Assembly: GCA_014896315.1 (NCBI GenBank)
Contig: JADBKP010000010.1
Span: forward strand, 142,087-206,086
From: Limnochordales bacterium
GTDB taxonomy: Bacteria > Bacillota > Limnochordia > Limnochordales > DUMU01
Direction of reading: 5' to 3'
DNA length: 64,000 bases
Shown: in pieces, positions 26,750-35,805 of the stretch
Position numbering within the stretch: the stretch's first letter is position 1
Layout of the letters: each line of letters begins with the position of its first letter
Made by a program: the position numbers and the translations under genes
Notes under the pieces: generated by a model
The model's input: only the letters and a program-made list of their open reading frames with translations
Databases searched by the model: none
Told to the model about the DNA's origin: nothing

Positions 26750-28009
26750 GTGTTGGGAAAGCTTCTTCGGATCGTGATCGTGACCTGCCTGGTTTTCCTT
26801 GTTGTCGCCTCGGATGTTGCCTTGGGCCGAACAACGTTGGTTCAGTGGGATTGGTTCGATAGAAGCACAAAAGAAGGCAAGACGTGGTGGGACTACGTTG
26901 AGAAGACGGTAGAGGACAAGTTTGGTGTCGACTTCATCCTGCGACCATCGCCCGATATAGAGGTTCAGTTTCCGGTGGCGATGGCGGCCGGTGTACCGGT
27001 GGATGCCGTGCAGGTCAGCTACCGGTCCAGCCGGGCCTGGTCGGAGTCAGGGTTCTTGCTTCCGCTCAACGATTACCTCCGGGAAAGTAACATATCTTTG
27101 AGTGACTTCGTTCCTTCCTCGCTGCCTCCAGTAACGGTGGGAGGCAAGATTTATGCTATTCCGTGGATTGCGGATTTTCACGTTCTAATGCTGTCGCTGG
27201 ATCTTTTCGAAGCAGCCGGGCTGGACAGCGCTGCTGCGCAGACATGGGATTGGAACCGGTTCCTCGAGATAGCGCGTAAACTGACGAGAGTCGATGGTAC
27301 AGGAAGATATCTGCAGGTAGGATATGCAGCGGATCCCGGAGTGGAAACATGGTGGCCGTGGTTCTATGCGAATGGCGGCAAGTTTTTCAATGCCGATGAG
27401 ACGCGTGCGGCGTTCAACTCTCCCGAGGGAGTTGAGTCCCTTAAGTTCCTGAGTCAACTGTGGAATCAGTACAAAGTTGCGCGTGCTGACTTTGCAAATC
27501 TGAACGCGTTTGTCAAGGGACAGGTCGGGATATTACATACGGGACCATGGATAGATAACGAGCTGAAGGGAGTAGCCCCCGATGTAAGAATTGACTTTGC
27601 CATCTTCCCTAAAGGACCGATGGGTCAGAAGACCGATACGGACGTGTGGGTGAATTACAGGGCGATTCCGGTGACCACCAAGCATCCGGATCTGGCATGG
27701 AAGTACCTGGAATGGTACAATGCGTCGCGTGAAGTGAAGTACCAGGTAATGGGTTCCCATCGTAGCCCGTACATCCCCTTCTATACCAGCAAAGCATGGC
27801 TGGACTCACTGGTCACACAGCCACAGCGCCGTCGCTTCTTGACGTTCCTGCAATCAGCACAGCTGCAACCGCTTAAAGCTGGTCCTGAGTGGCGAGGCAC
27901 TGTTCATGACCTGGTGGTTCAAGCCATACTAGGGCAACTATCGCCTTCGGCCGCACTTAAGCAGGCCGAGGAACGCGTCAATGCGGCTTTGGCCAAGGTT
28001 GATAAGTGA
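26750..28009 (+). CDS. ABC transporter extracellular solute-binding protein (CUT1 family)
   Basis: The ORF track starts at 26399, and that upstream part looks non-coding. GTG 26750 follows AAGGAGAGG and gives MLGKLLRIVIVTCLVFLVVASDVALG, followed by a typical SBP body. Confidence 0.85.
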   Translation: MLGKLLRIVIVTCLVFLVVASDVALGRTTLVQWDWFDRSTKEGKTWWDYVEKTVEDKFGVDFILRPSPDIEVQFPVAMAAGVPVDAVQVSYRSSRAWSESGFLLPLNDYLRESNISLSDFVPSSLPPVTVGGKIYAIPWIADFHVLMLSLDLFEAAGLDSAAAQTWDWNRFLEIARKLTRVDGTGRYLQVGYAADPGVETWWPWFYANGGKFFNADETRAAFNSPEGVESLKFLSQLWNQYKVARADFANLNAFVKGQVGILHTGPWIDNELKGVAPDVRIDFAIFPKGPMGQKTDTDVWVNYRAIPVTTKHPDLAWKYLEWYNASREVKYQVMGSHRSPYIPFYTSKAWLDSLVTQPQRRRFLTFLQSAQLQPLKAGPEWRGTVHDLVVQAILGQLSPSAALKQAEERVNAALAKVDK

Positions 28010-28052
28010 TCCGGTCCATAATAGGTTTCAGCCCAGGAGGGAGGAAGCAGCG

Positions 28053-29387
28053 ATGCTGAGGTCGGGAAAGGACCATGACGAGCGGCCGGCAGTATATCGA
28101 ACGGCCTTCTTGGCCATGGCTTTGTTCATCGTGGTATGTGGAGTCGGGCTGGGTGTTTCGCTGTCTGCCGGCGGGGGGGCCGCTCACGCGGCCCCTCAAA
28201 AAGTCAGCTTCATGTTTGTGGCTAACCCACCGGAGTACCAGTTATGGAAGGAGCGTGTCGACAAATTCAACGCTAGCCGCCAGGATATCCAGGTAACGAT
28301 ACAATGGGTGCCCGGCTCATGGGATGATGTTCACTCTAAGGCTCTGGTCGGGATAGCGGCTGGTACCCCTCCTGACATAGTCAGGCTGCACGAGTCGCAA
28401 TATAACGACTGGGTGCGAGCTGGCCTTCTGACGTCACTCAATGGCTTTATCGAAGACGACAAGTACGACATGAATGTGTTCTTCCCCCAGATCATCATGC
28501 CATTGCAAGTCAATGGTCAATTGTATGGGTTTCCTCAGACCATTGCCACCCGTGCTCTTGCCTTCAACAAGGATATGCTGGACAACGCAGGTATCAAGTA
28601 CCCAGATTCTTTCTGGAGGTGGGAGCACGAATTGCTCACTGCGGCGAGGAAGCTGACAGATCCGAGCAAGAATCGTTGGGGTATAGGATTCTGGTTCAGT
28701 ACTGGTCCAAGTGTCCTGCTAGCAGATATACCGGAGATAATATGGTCTTTCGGTGGAGATATTTTCACTCGCGATGATAGATTTGTTCTCGACTCTGAGC
28801 CGGCAAGGCGAGGAATTCAATTCCTGCTCGATTTGATCCATAGATACAAGGTATATCCGCCGGACGGTAGCGTTGCTCATGCCTTCTGGCAGGGCAGACT
28901 GGCCATGTGGAACACCGGTACTTGGGACATAACGAGTATCAGGTCAAGCGGTGTCAACTTCGACTTTGCACCGACACCTGGCGGGCCAAAAGGGGCGTAT
29001 TCATGGGTGAATTCTGCGCTCTATGTGATACCAAAAGGTGCGCATGCCGATGCCGCCTGGGAGTTCATTAAGTACCTGATGTCTTACGAGGGACAGGATA
29101 TTTTCTCGGTGCGGGGTGGTAGTGGCGTTCCTGTCCGCAAGGACCTGATAAGCAAGTATATCAGTCAGCCTAGCCCACCCAACTGGTCGACGTTCTTAAT
29201 AAGCGTGGAGCGCGGCCGTATGCCTTACTATCCACCAAACCAGAGTCGTATTCTTGATGCGCTCAGCCGCAAATGGTCGGATCTTTACCAGGGAACAGTA
29301 TCTCTGGACGCGTGGCTGGACGAGGTGAAACCGATCGTTGACAAGCTCCTGGCCGAACCCTTCCAGGGACCGCAGATTCCGAGATGA
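28053..29387 (+). CDS. ABC transporter extracellular solute-binding protein (CUT1 family)
   Basis: The ORF track starts at 27981. ATG 28053 follows AGGAGGGAGG. It has an N-terminal anchor (AFLAMALFIVVCGVGLGVSL), then a typical SBP body (GTPPDIVRL, GRLAMWNTGTW). Confidence 0.88.
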   Translation: MLRSGKDHDERPAVYRTAFLAMALFIVVCGVGLGVSLSAGGGAAHAAPQKVSFMFVANPPEYQLWKERVDKFNASRQDIQVTIQWVPGSWDDVHSKALVGIAAGTPPDIVRLHESQYNDWVRAGLLTSLNGFIEDDKYDMNVFFPQIIMPLQVNGQLYGFPQTIATRALAFNKDMLDNAGIKYPDSFWRWEHELLTAARKLTDPSKNRWGIGFWFSTGPSVLLADIPEIIWSFGGDIFTRDDRFVLDSEPARRGIQFLLDLIHRYKVYPPDGSVAHAFWQGRLAMWNTGTWDITSIRSSGVNFDFAPTPGGPKGAYSWVNSALYVIPKGAHADAAWEFIKYLMSYEGQDIFSVRGGSGVPVRKDLISKYISQPSPPNWSTFLISVERGRMPYYPPNQSRILDALSRKWSDLYQGTVSLDAWLDEVKPIVDKLLAEPFQGPQIPR

Positions 29388-29411
29388 GGCTGAGTGGGAG
29401 GGGGATTGGGT

Positions 29412-31592
29412 GTGGCCGATAGGTGCGTGCTGTCCGTCCTGACGTCATTATCGCTGGTCTTTGCCTTGATCACGGTTTTTGCTCTCAGCGGCTGCGGGAT
29501 TGTTCTGGCAGCCGCTGACAGAAGCACGAGAGTCTTGGTGATCTACAGCTCCGGGGTGAACAATAACTACGTCCACAAAGGTGAGTATGATCAGGTACTG
29601 AAGGATCTGGGTTGGGAGTTCGATCTCGTCGAGAACACGGAGATCGGGCAATGGTCGGATAGGCTGGCGGACTATGATATCATCCTCACGACCGGGTTGT
29701 GGAATTATGGCAATTCGCGCGACCTCCGTCCCTATGCCGGAAAGTTTCGCGCGTTTCTGGAGTCGGGCGGGTTGGCGATCTTTGCAGATATGAACTACCC
29801 GGCACAGGTTGATTGGCTCCGGGAGCTGGGGGCCGAGTTCGCGGTTAAATCAGAAGGTGTTCCCAAAGGCCAGGAAGGGATCTTTCAAAGGAAGGTTGCC
29901 TTCTTTGATAGCCCCCGGCCGGGTGCCAATGGGGCATTCTGGTCCCATTTCATTGAATGGGGTGAGGCGTATAAGGTGGCGGCCACGGACTGGTCCGGGC
30001 TGCCTGTGATACTTGTGGCGCGGGTGGGAAAAGGAACGCTGGTCGTAACGACCCTGTTCGGGATGACCACTGCTGCCGTGGCAAACCTGGCGGATAATAG
30101 TGCCAGGCTTGCTGCGGGCGAGACATTCCAGTTTGTCGAGCCTCCCGCCGAGCCCCGTGTTGTCCTGGAGCTTGTCGGTAGCCACTTTGCGCGCCGCGAA
30201 CTGATCAGGGGGAGTGTCAAGCTGGAGGTTCCGCCAGGCGTCATTGAGCAGATGGACAAGGAAGCTCTCAGACTCGAGACACTGGCGATGCCTAGGAGAA
30301 GTATCGGGGAGAGGATCCTCCTGGAAACCATTTCGCTTGCGAAGATTCTTGGCAATGCTAAAACTGCTGACACACGGCTGGGTATTGAAACGGAGTGGCA
30401 GTTTGAATACCCGGCTGGCCGGTTGGCAGAAGGAGAGTATTATCTGGCTGCTCGTCTGGTCGCAAGCGACGGGGTTGTTGCCGGGCATGCGGCTGAGCTG
30501 GTCGTGTGCGATGCCAGCGTGGCGTCCGTGGTCAAGATAGGCGACGATCTCACGACGTTGGTCAACGATGAGCTGTTTTTCCCGATCGGGACGTATCACG
30601 TGGCAAGCACCGATTTGGGCCTTATAAAGGAACTTGGATTCAACTTCGTAGTAAGTCCCCTCGTCAGTTCGCAATTAGATCTTCCTAAACTCCTGGAATT
30701 TATGAATGAAGCTGAACGTCACGGGCTCAAGGTGCTGATAGAGTATTCCGAACTTGTCCGTAACCAGAGGCAGATGTTTACGGATATTGCCTCTCTGACC
30801 TCGGCTTTACGGTTCCACCCAGCTACTTTGGGTTACTATCTGGTAGATGAACCCGGGGCTGGTGTTTCCGAAGACGATATGAGAAAGGGCTACTATGCTA
30901 TCAAGGCAGCCGATCGTCTCCACCCGGTATTCGTACTCGAGGTCACGGCAAGCTTCTTTGAACTCCATTCCAGGTGGACGGATATCTTCTCGACCGACCC
31001 TTACGTGATCGGGTCTCATGTGGATGACATTGCGGGTGTGGGGCGGGCTACCCGTCAGGCGCTGGCTGCCACCCGGTATACCAAGCCGGTATGGACCGCG
31101 ATACAGGCGCACCGGGCGCCTTCGGCTGGATCAACGAACCGTTGGCCCACGCCGGACGAGCTACGGGCCATGAGCTATCTGGCTCTGAACCACGGAGCGA
31201 AGGGGCTCATCTTCTACGGCTACGGTGACAGCCTGGACGGCTGGGGGAGCGGCTTCAAGTTCAACAAGGAACTCATGGACTTCTTTCCGCGGCTCAATCG
31301 GGAACTCGCCGAAATGGGGCCACGCTACCTGTTGGACAGTGCGTACGGTTTCGCGTGGGCATCAACGGAAGCAGATGGTATTGATGTACGTTTAATCGGA
31401 TCGGACGGCCAGTTTTTCGTTGTCGCAGTTAACTGTACAAATCGTGAGATTACCGCTGACATCCAGCTTGACGGGCTACCATATGTTCCTTCTTTGGTTA
31501 CCGTCGAGTATGAAAGTCGGGCGGTTCGGGTCGAGGAGGGCAAGATTCGCGACCACTTCGCACCCTTCGCGGTACACGTCTATCGCCTTTGA
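29412..31592 (+). CDS. Lipoprotein with an N-terminal flavodoxin/GATase1-like domain and a C-terminal clan GH-A-like TIM barrel (putative novel glycoside hydrolase)
   Basis: The ORF track starts at GTG 29394; GTG 29412 lies 7 nt after GGGAGGGGG. Lipobox VFALSGC. The N-terminal part (RVLVIYSSG..YDIILTTG..GGLAIFAD) resembles ThuA/GH42-M-type domains. The C-terminal part has FFPIGTYH, GFNFVV, HGLKVLIEY, YYLVDEPG and WTAIQAH. Confidence 0.7.
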   Translation: MADRCVLSVLTSLSLVFALITVFALSGCGIVLAAADRSTRVLVIYSSGVNNNYVHKGEYDQVLKDLGWEFDLVENTEIGQWSDRLADYDIILTTGLWNYGNSRDLRPYAGKFRAFLESGGLAIFADMNYPAQVDWLRELGAEFAVKSEGVPKGQEGIFQRKVAFFDSPRPGANGAFWSHFIEWGEAYKVAATDWSGLPVILVARVGKGTLVVTTLFGMTTAAVANLADNSARLAAGETFQFVEPPAEPRVVLELVGSHFARRELIRGSVKLEVPPGVIEQMDKEALRLETLAMPRRSIGERILLETISLAKILGNAKTADTRLGIETEWQFEYPAGRLAEGEYYLAARLVASDGVVAGHAAELVVCDASVASVVKIGDDLTTLVNDELFFPIGTYHVASTDLGLIKELGFNFVVSPLVSSQLDLPKLLEFMNEAERHGLKVLIEYSELVRNQRQMFTDIASLTSALRFHPATLGYYLVDEPGAGVSEDDMRKGYYAIKAADRLHPVFVLEVTASFFELHSRWTDIFSTDPYVIGSHVDDIAGVGRATRQALAATRYTKPVWTAIQAHRAPSAGSTNRWPTPDELRAMSYLALNHGAKGLIFYGYGDSLDGWGSGFKFNKELMDFFPRLNRELAEMGPRYLLDSAYGFAWASTEADGIDVRLIGSDGQFFVVAVNCTNREITADIQLDGLPYVPSLVTVEYESRAVRVEEGKIRDHFAPFAVHVYRL

Positions 31593-31628
31593 TACTTGTT
31601 ACATCGGGTAAATGAGGAGTAAGCACGA

Positions 31629-32687
31629 ATGCCAGACCCCGTGATTCGTGGTCCTGTTACTATCGAACATGTCGCCAGGCGGGCCGGCGTCTCTCCGTCG
31701 ACCGCTTCAAGAGCGTTGCGCAATGCCCCGGGAGTCCACGCCCGTACTCGCGAGCTGGTTTTGAGGGCGGCTCGGGAGCTGGGATTTGCCGGGCCAAACT
31801 GGTTGGCCCGCGGTCTGCGTACCGGTGAGTCCAGGGTGATTGCCGTCGAGATCGAAAGCTTCACCAACTCGTATTACGCAGAGCTGGCAGAAGCTATCGA
31901 GAGGAAGGCGCGCCATCATGGTCTCTTGGTAGTGATAACCACGGTACCGGCGAGCGAGGTCGATACGGCGGAGAGCAGCCTTCGCCAGTTGCTCCGGTCG
32001 GGCGTAGCCGGGCTGATTCATAGGCCGGTCACTGGTTGGGAGCGTCGTCGGCGTCTTCTCCGAGAACTGTCAGCTTGCGGTCTCACGGTGGTGATTGTGG
32101 GAGACGACCTGACGGAGAGCGATTTCCCCATCGTGGGGGTGGATACGTCACAGGGTGTACGTCTGGCAATAGACCATTTGTATTCGTTGGGACATCGAGC
32201 GATCGGCTTCTTGAGCCCTTCGGATACCTGCGATAGAGCAGTCAGCTATCGAGCCAGTGTCAGACGGTACGGGCTGGCGGAGAGGCTCTACCTTGTCCCC
32301 AGTGGAATCCCTGTGACCGAGGCCGCCTACCAGACCGCCTTGGCGCTGCTTGACGCGCCTGACCGGCCATCGGCCGTCCTCTGCTTCAACGATCTGATTG
32401 CCGTTCAAATGATGCAAGCGGCACGGGCGAGGGGAGTCCGTGTTCCGGAGGACCTATCTATCGTCGGCTTTGATGATAACGCAGAGGCTCGGCTCTTGCA
32501 GCCCGCTTTGACGACGGTGAGAATACCCAAGGCAGAGATGGGCGAGAAGGCGGTCGAGATCATAATCGACGCAATCGCCAGGCGCCTGCGGGGTGAGTTG
32601 AGCCCGGAAGATAAGCCGGTCCGGGTGGTGTATCCGACTACGCTGGAAGTGAGGGGATCGACTGCTCCCTGCGCGCCGGCCAGGTAA
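31629..32687 (+). CDS. LacI-family transcriptional regulator
   Basis: 352 aa with the ATG 9 nt after GAGGAG. VTIEHVARRAGVSPSTASRALRN is the HTH_LacI motif, followed by a sugar-binding core. Confidence 0.9.
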   Translation: MPDPVIRGPVTIEHVARRAGVSPSTASRALRNAPGVHARTRELVLRAARELGFAGPNWLARGLRTGESRVIAVEIESFTNSYYAELAEAIERKARHHGLLVVITTVPASEVDTAESSLRQLLRSGVAGLIHRPVTGWERRRRLLRELSACGLTVVIVGDDLTESDFPIVGVDTSQGVRLAIDHLYSLGHRAIGFLSPSDTCDRAVSYRASVRRYGLAERLYLVPSGIPVTEAAYQTALALLDAPDRPSAVLCFNDLIAVQMMQAARARGVRVPEDLSIVGFDDNAEARLLQPALTTVRIPKAEMGEKAVEIIIDAIARRLRGELSPEDKPVRVVYPTTLEVRGSTAPCAPAR

Positions 32688-32859
32688 GCCGCCCGCCGGC
32701 GTCCCGCAGGCTGAACTGTCGTGTTGTGTATTGCGGGTTCGCGGTAGGAAAAACCTCGTGGAGGGATGAAAGAGATAGCGCAGGTGGTGGCGCGAGGGGA
32801 CGGGGGAGTAGGTCAAGTCGGCGCAGAGACAGATGCGTCGGACCCATAGATGGGAGGTA

Positions 32860-32891
32860 GATAGGCCCGGCAGACTGCCGGGCCTATCTTT
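32860..32891 (+). terminator. Rho-independent-type terminator candidate downstream of the LacI gene
   Basis: gataggcccggcag (32860-32873) pairs with ctgccgggcctatc (32875-32888). The stem is about 12-13 bp once the loop opens, and it is followed by TTT. Confidence 0.5.
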
Positions 32892-33008
32892 CAAGAGTGA
32901 TGCCCGTGCTTGAGCCAGGTATGACCTTGTTCCAGGCGACAATGATGCAACAGAGGCTCCGGCTGGGAAATCCTGAGATCATCGGCTAAAGGAGTTGCTG
33001 TTGCGCTT

Positions 33009-33275
33009 TTGCCCGACGTGGAGGTGCGGTGCCCGGTCTGCCGGGGCCGGCGGTTCAAGGAGGGGGTGCTGGAGGTCCGCTACAAGGGATATAGCATTGC
33101 CCACACGCTCGACATGACCATTGCAGAGGCGGCCCACGTCTTTCATGAGGTAGCGCCGGTCTACGACCGGCTCTTACACGGCCTTACGTGCCGACCATCC
33201 GGGGGGAGCATGGGGACGAACCACTGGACAACGGGTAGAATAACCAATGACGGAGGATGGGAGGCTTTGGAATGA
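33009..33275 (+). pseudogene. Remnant of a UvrA-like (excinuclease ABC subunit A family) gene; only about 55 codons are recognisable
   Basis: LLPDVEVRCPVCRGRRFKEGVLEVRYKGYSIAHTLDMTIAEAAHVFHEV matches the UvrA C-terminal zinc-finger region (FLPDVyVpCevCkGkRYnrEtLeVkYkGksIadvLdMTveEAleFF). Both flanks have diverged and the rest of the roughly 950-aa protein is absent. Confidence 0.6.
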
Positions 33276-34336
33276 ACGCCATACCGGCGACGATGAACTT
33301 CGCCAGTGACAACAATGCTCCGGTTCACCCTAAAATAATCGAGGCAATCGTACGAGCCAATCGGGGGCACGTCCTGGCCTATGGTGAGGATGTCTATACG
33401 CGGAGAGCGGTCGCCAAGTTCAGGGAAGTGTTTGGCCCGGATGTCGAGGTGTTCTTCGTTTTTAACGGCACAGGGGCAAACGTCCTGGGACTTGCCTCGC
33501 TGGTGCGCCCGTACAATGCCATTATCTGCGCCGAGACCGCTCACATTTATACGGATGAATGTGGCGCCCCGGAGCGATTCACCGGCTGCAAGCTCCTCCC
33601 CTTGCCCACATCCGATGGTAAGATAAGAGTGGATCAGGTGCGCAGTCACCTGCACGTATCAGGCGTCGAGCACCACGCGCAGCCTAAAGTCGTCTCTATC
33701 ACCCAGGCGACCGAATACGGCACCGTATACACCCCGGACGAGATCCGGGAGCTTGCCGACTTCGTGCACAACCGGGGGATGTTCCTGCACATGGATGGTG
33801 CCCGGCTGGCTAATGCCGCTGCCAGCCTGGGTGTGAGCCTGAGGGCGCTCACCACCGATGCCGGGGTGGATGTCCTTTCGTTTGGCGGGACGAAAAACGG
33901 GTTGATGTTTGGTGAGGCCGTGGTCTTCTTCAACCCGACGCTTAGCAGAGAGTTTCGATTCCTTCGCAAGCAAGGGTTGCAGTTGGCCGCCAAGATGCGG
34001 TACGTCGCGGTGCAGTTCGAGGCGCTGCTCACAGACGATCTGTGGCTGGAAAATGCCCGGCATGCCAACCGCATGGCCCGGTTGCTTGCTGATAGACTGC
34101 AGGGGGTACCAGGTGTTACTATTACCCAAAAAGTGGAGGCCAATGCCGTCTTTGCCCGCATACCCCGCCGGGCGGTTGCCGGGCTGCAGGCTAAGTACTT
34201 CTTCTACGTCTGGGATGAGAATGCCTCGGCCGACGAGGTAGAGGTCAGATGGATGACCTCGTTTGATACCGAGGAAGCGCACGTCCTTGATTTTGTTGAG
34301 GCGATCAAACGGGAGGTTGATTTTCCTGGTCGATAA
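33272..34336 (+). CDS. ltaE: Low-specificity L-threonine aldolase (PLP-dependent, beta-eliminating lyase family)
   Basis: The ORF track starts at 33257; ATG 33272 lies 7 nt after GGGAGG. Motifs include MNFASDNNAPVHPKI, YGEDVYT, FNGTGANVL, HMDGARLANA and SFGGTKNG. Confidence 0.85.
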   Translation: MNAIPATMNFASDNNAPVHPKIIEAIVRANRGHVLAYGEDVYTRRAVAKFREVFGPDVEVFFVFNGTGANVLGLASLVRPYNAIICAETAHIYTDECGAPERFTGCKLLPLPTSDGKIRVDQVRSHLHVSGVEHHAQPKVVSITQATEYGTVYTPDEIRELADFVHNRGMFLHMDGARLANAAASLGVSLRALTTDAGVDVLSFGGTKNGLMFGEAVVFFNPTLSREFRFLRKQGLQLAAKMRYVAVQFEALLTDDLWLENARHANRMARLLADRLQGVPGVTITQKVEANAVFARIPRRAVAGLQAKYFFYVWDENASADEVEVRWMTSFDTEEAHVLDFVEAIKREVDFPGR

Positions 34337-34475
34337 GAGTGGTAATTTCCGCAAGCAACCGATTCCCACACCGCTGTCGTACCCCAATCCCTATCAGACC
34401 AACCGGGGTAGCAACCCGTCTGCGAATGTCAGCCGGCCCCCGACGGGAAAGGCGTGGATCAAGTCGCAGGACGGG

Positions 34476-34670
34476 ATGCAGATAGCGGACCTGACGAGCC
34501 TTGCCATCCGTCCCACCCAGACGGGCCGGTGGGAGCTGGTGGTCAACGGCTTCGTCTTCGGGCGTTACCTGGAGAAAGAGGATGCCGAGGTTGCCATGCG
34601 TTCCATAGAGCGCTGGCTTGCCCAGGGGCATACCGGTGTCTACCAGGTGATAGCGGGAGGCGAAGCATAG
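34476..34670 (+). CDS. Small hypothetical protein (64 aa)
   Basis: This is an internal ATG of ORF 34263..34670. Third-position GC is high. The sequence is MQIADLTSLAIRPTQTGRWELVVNGFVFGRYLEKEDAEVAMRSIERWLAQGHTGVYQVIAGGEA, and I recognise no family. Confidence 0.35.
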   Translation: MQIADLTSLAIRPTQTGRWELVVNGFVFGRYLEKEDAEVAMRSIERWLAQGHTGVYQVIAGGEA

Positions 34671-34682
34671 CATAACTCAAGT

Positions 34683-34711
34683 AACCCTAACCCTAACCCT
34701 AACCCTAACCC
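34683..34711. repeat. Perfect (AACCCT)4.8 tandem hexamer, equal to (TTAGGG)n on the opposite strand; intergenic
   Basis: Read directly: aaccct aaccct aaccct aaccct aaccc, starting 12 nt after the stop at 34670. Confidence 0.95.
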
Positions 34712-34772
34712 GGCCGGCCGGGGCGTGCCGGGCCGGGTCAACCCGGCGGAAGCGTCCTGAGGTGAGCTGCTG

Positions 34773-35315
34773 GTGAATTGCACGCTTCGTCGTGCCGAAA
34801 GGGCCGATATTCCGTTCATACGCGACATCTATAACGATGCCATTCTGAATACGACGGCCACGTTTGATTACGAACCAAAGACCATGGCGGAGATGGAGCG
34901 ATGGTACGATGAACATGATGAGCGTCATCCCATTCTCGTGGCCGTTGTGGGTGGTCGGGTTTGCGGCTGGACCTCACTGAGCAGATGGTCCGACCGGGCT
35001 GCTTATGACGGGACGGTAGAGCTTTCGGTCTACGTTCACCGGGACTATCGAGGGCAGGGTATAGGCCGGAAGCTAATGGCGGCCATACTCGCAGAAGGCA
35101 GGCGGCTTGGCCTGCATACTGTCATTTCCAGGATTGAAGGCGGTAACGCGGCGAGCATCCACTTGCACACCGCGCTCGGCTTTCGTATGGTGGGCGTTAT
35201 GAAGGAAGTCGGGTACAAATTCGGGCGCTGGTTGGATGTGGCGATAATGCAGCTTATGCTGAACCACGAAAGTTCGTCAGTCCGGGTGAACCGATTGGGA
35301 CCTGGAAATGAGTGA
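34773..35315 (+). CDS. GNAT-family N-acetyltransferase, phosphinothricin/methionine-sulfoximine acetyltransferase (PAT/MddA-like)
   Basis: 180 aa with the GTG 7 nt after [43 protein letters not shown]...[27 protein letters not shown] is the PAT family pattern. Confidence 0.85.
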   Translation: MNCTLRRAERADIPFIRDIYNDAILNTTATFDYEPKTMAEMERWYDEHDERHPILVAVVGGRVCGWTSLSRWSDRAAYDGTVELSVYVHRDYRGQGIGRKLMAAILAEGRRLGLHTVISRIEGGNAASIHLHTALGFRMVGVMKEVGYKFGRWLDVAIMQLMLNHESSSVRVNRLGPGNE

Positions 35316-35320
35316 GTGGT

Positions 35321-35770
35321 GTGCGCGCGGTAATCCAGCGGGTAAGTTCAGCGTCGGTGACGGTTGACGGAGAACTCATCGCGGCCATCGGGCGGGGGCT
35401 TCTGGTACTGCTTGGCGTGGGCCGGGGCGATACCCCGCAGGATGCAGCCTACCTCTCTCGCAAAGTGGTGGAGCTGCGGATTTTCGACGATGAGAAGGGA
35501 CGGATGAACCGGAGCATCCGGGATGTCGGCGGGGAGGTCCTTATTGTCTCCCAGTTTACACTCTACGCCGATGCCGGCGGGGGGCGGCGGCCCAGTTTTG
35601 CGGAAGCGGCGCCGGCCGCGCTAGCCCGTCCTCTCTATGAGATGTTTGTGGAGTACGTGCGGCAGCAAGGTGTGCCGGTGCAGACAGGGCAGTTTGGCGC
35701 GATGATGGCCGTGCAACTGGTAAACGATGGCCCGGTGACCATCCTGGTAGAGAGTGAACGGAAGGGTTGA
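35321..35770 (+). CDS. dtd: D-aminoacyl-tRNA deacylase
   Basis: The ORF track starts at GTG 35312, overlapping the GNAT stop. GTG 35321 gives the canonical MRAVIQRV. Also [21 protein letters not shown] and NDGPVTI. Confidence 0.9.
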   Translation: MRAVIQRVSSASVTVDGELIAAIGRGLLVLLGVGRGDTPQDAAYLSRKVVELRIFDDEKGRMNRSIRDVGGEVLIVSQFTLYADAGGGRRPSFAEAAPAALARPLYEMFVEYVRQQGVPVQTGQFGAMMAVQLVNDGPVTILVESERKG

Positions 35771-35805
35771 GGGGTCTGATTGCTGCGACCCCGGCCGAGC
35801 CCCGT

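Noticed and set aside
34683-34711. (TTAGGG)n interpreted as a genuine chromosome end or eukaryotic contamination
   Set aside because: It is only 29 bp, embedded between ordinary bacterial genes with continuous high-GC flanks on both sides.
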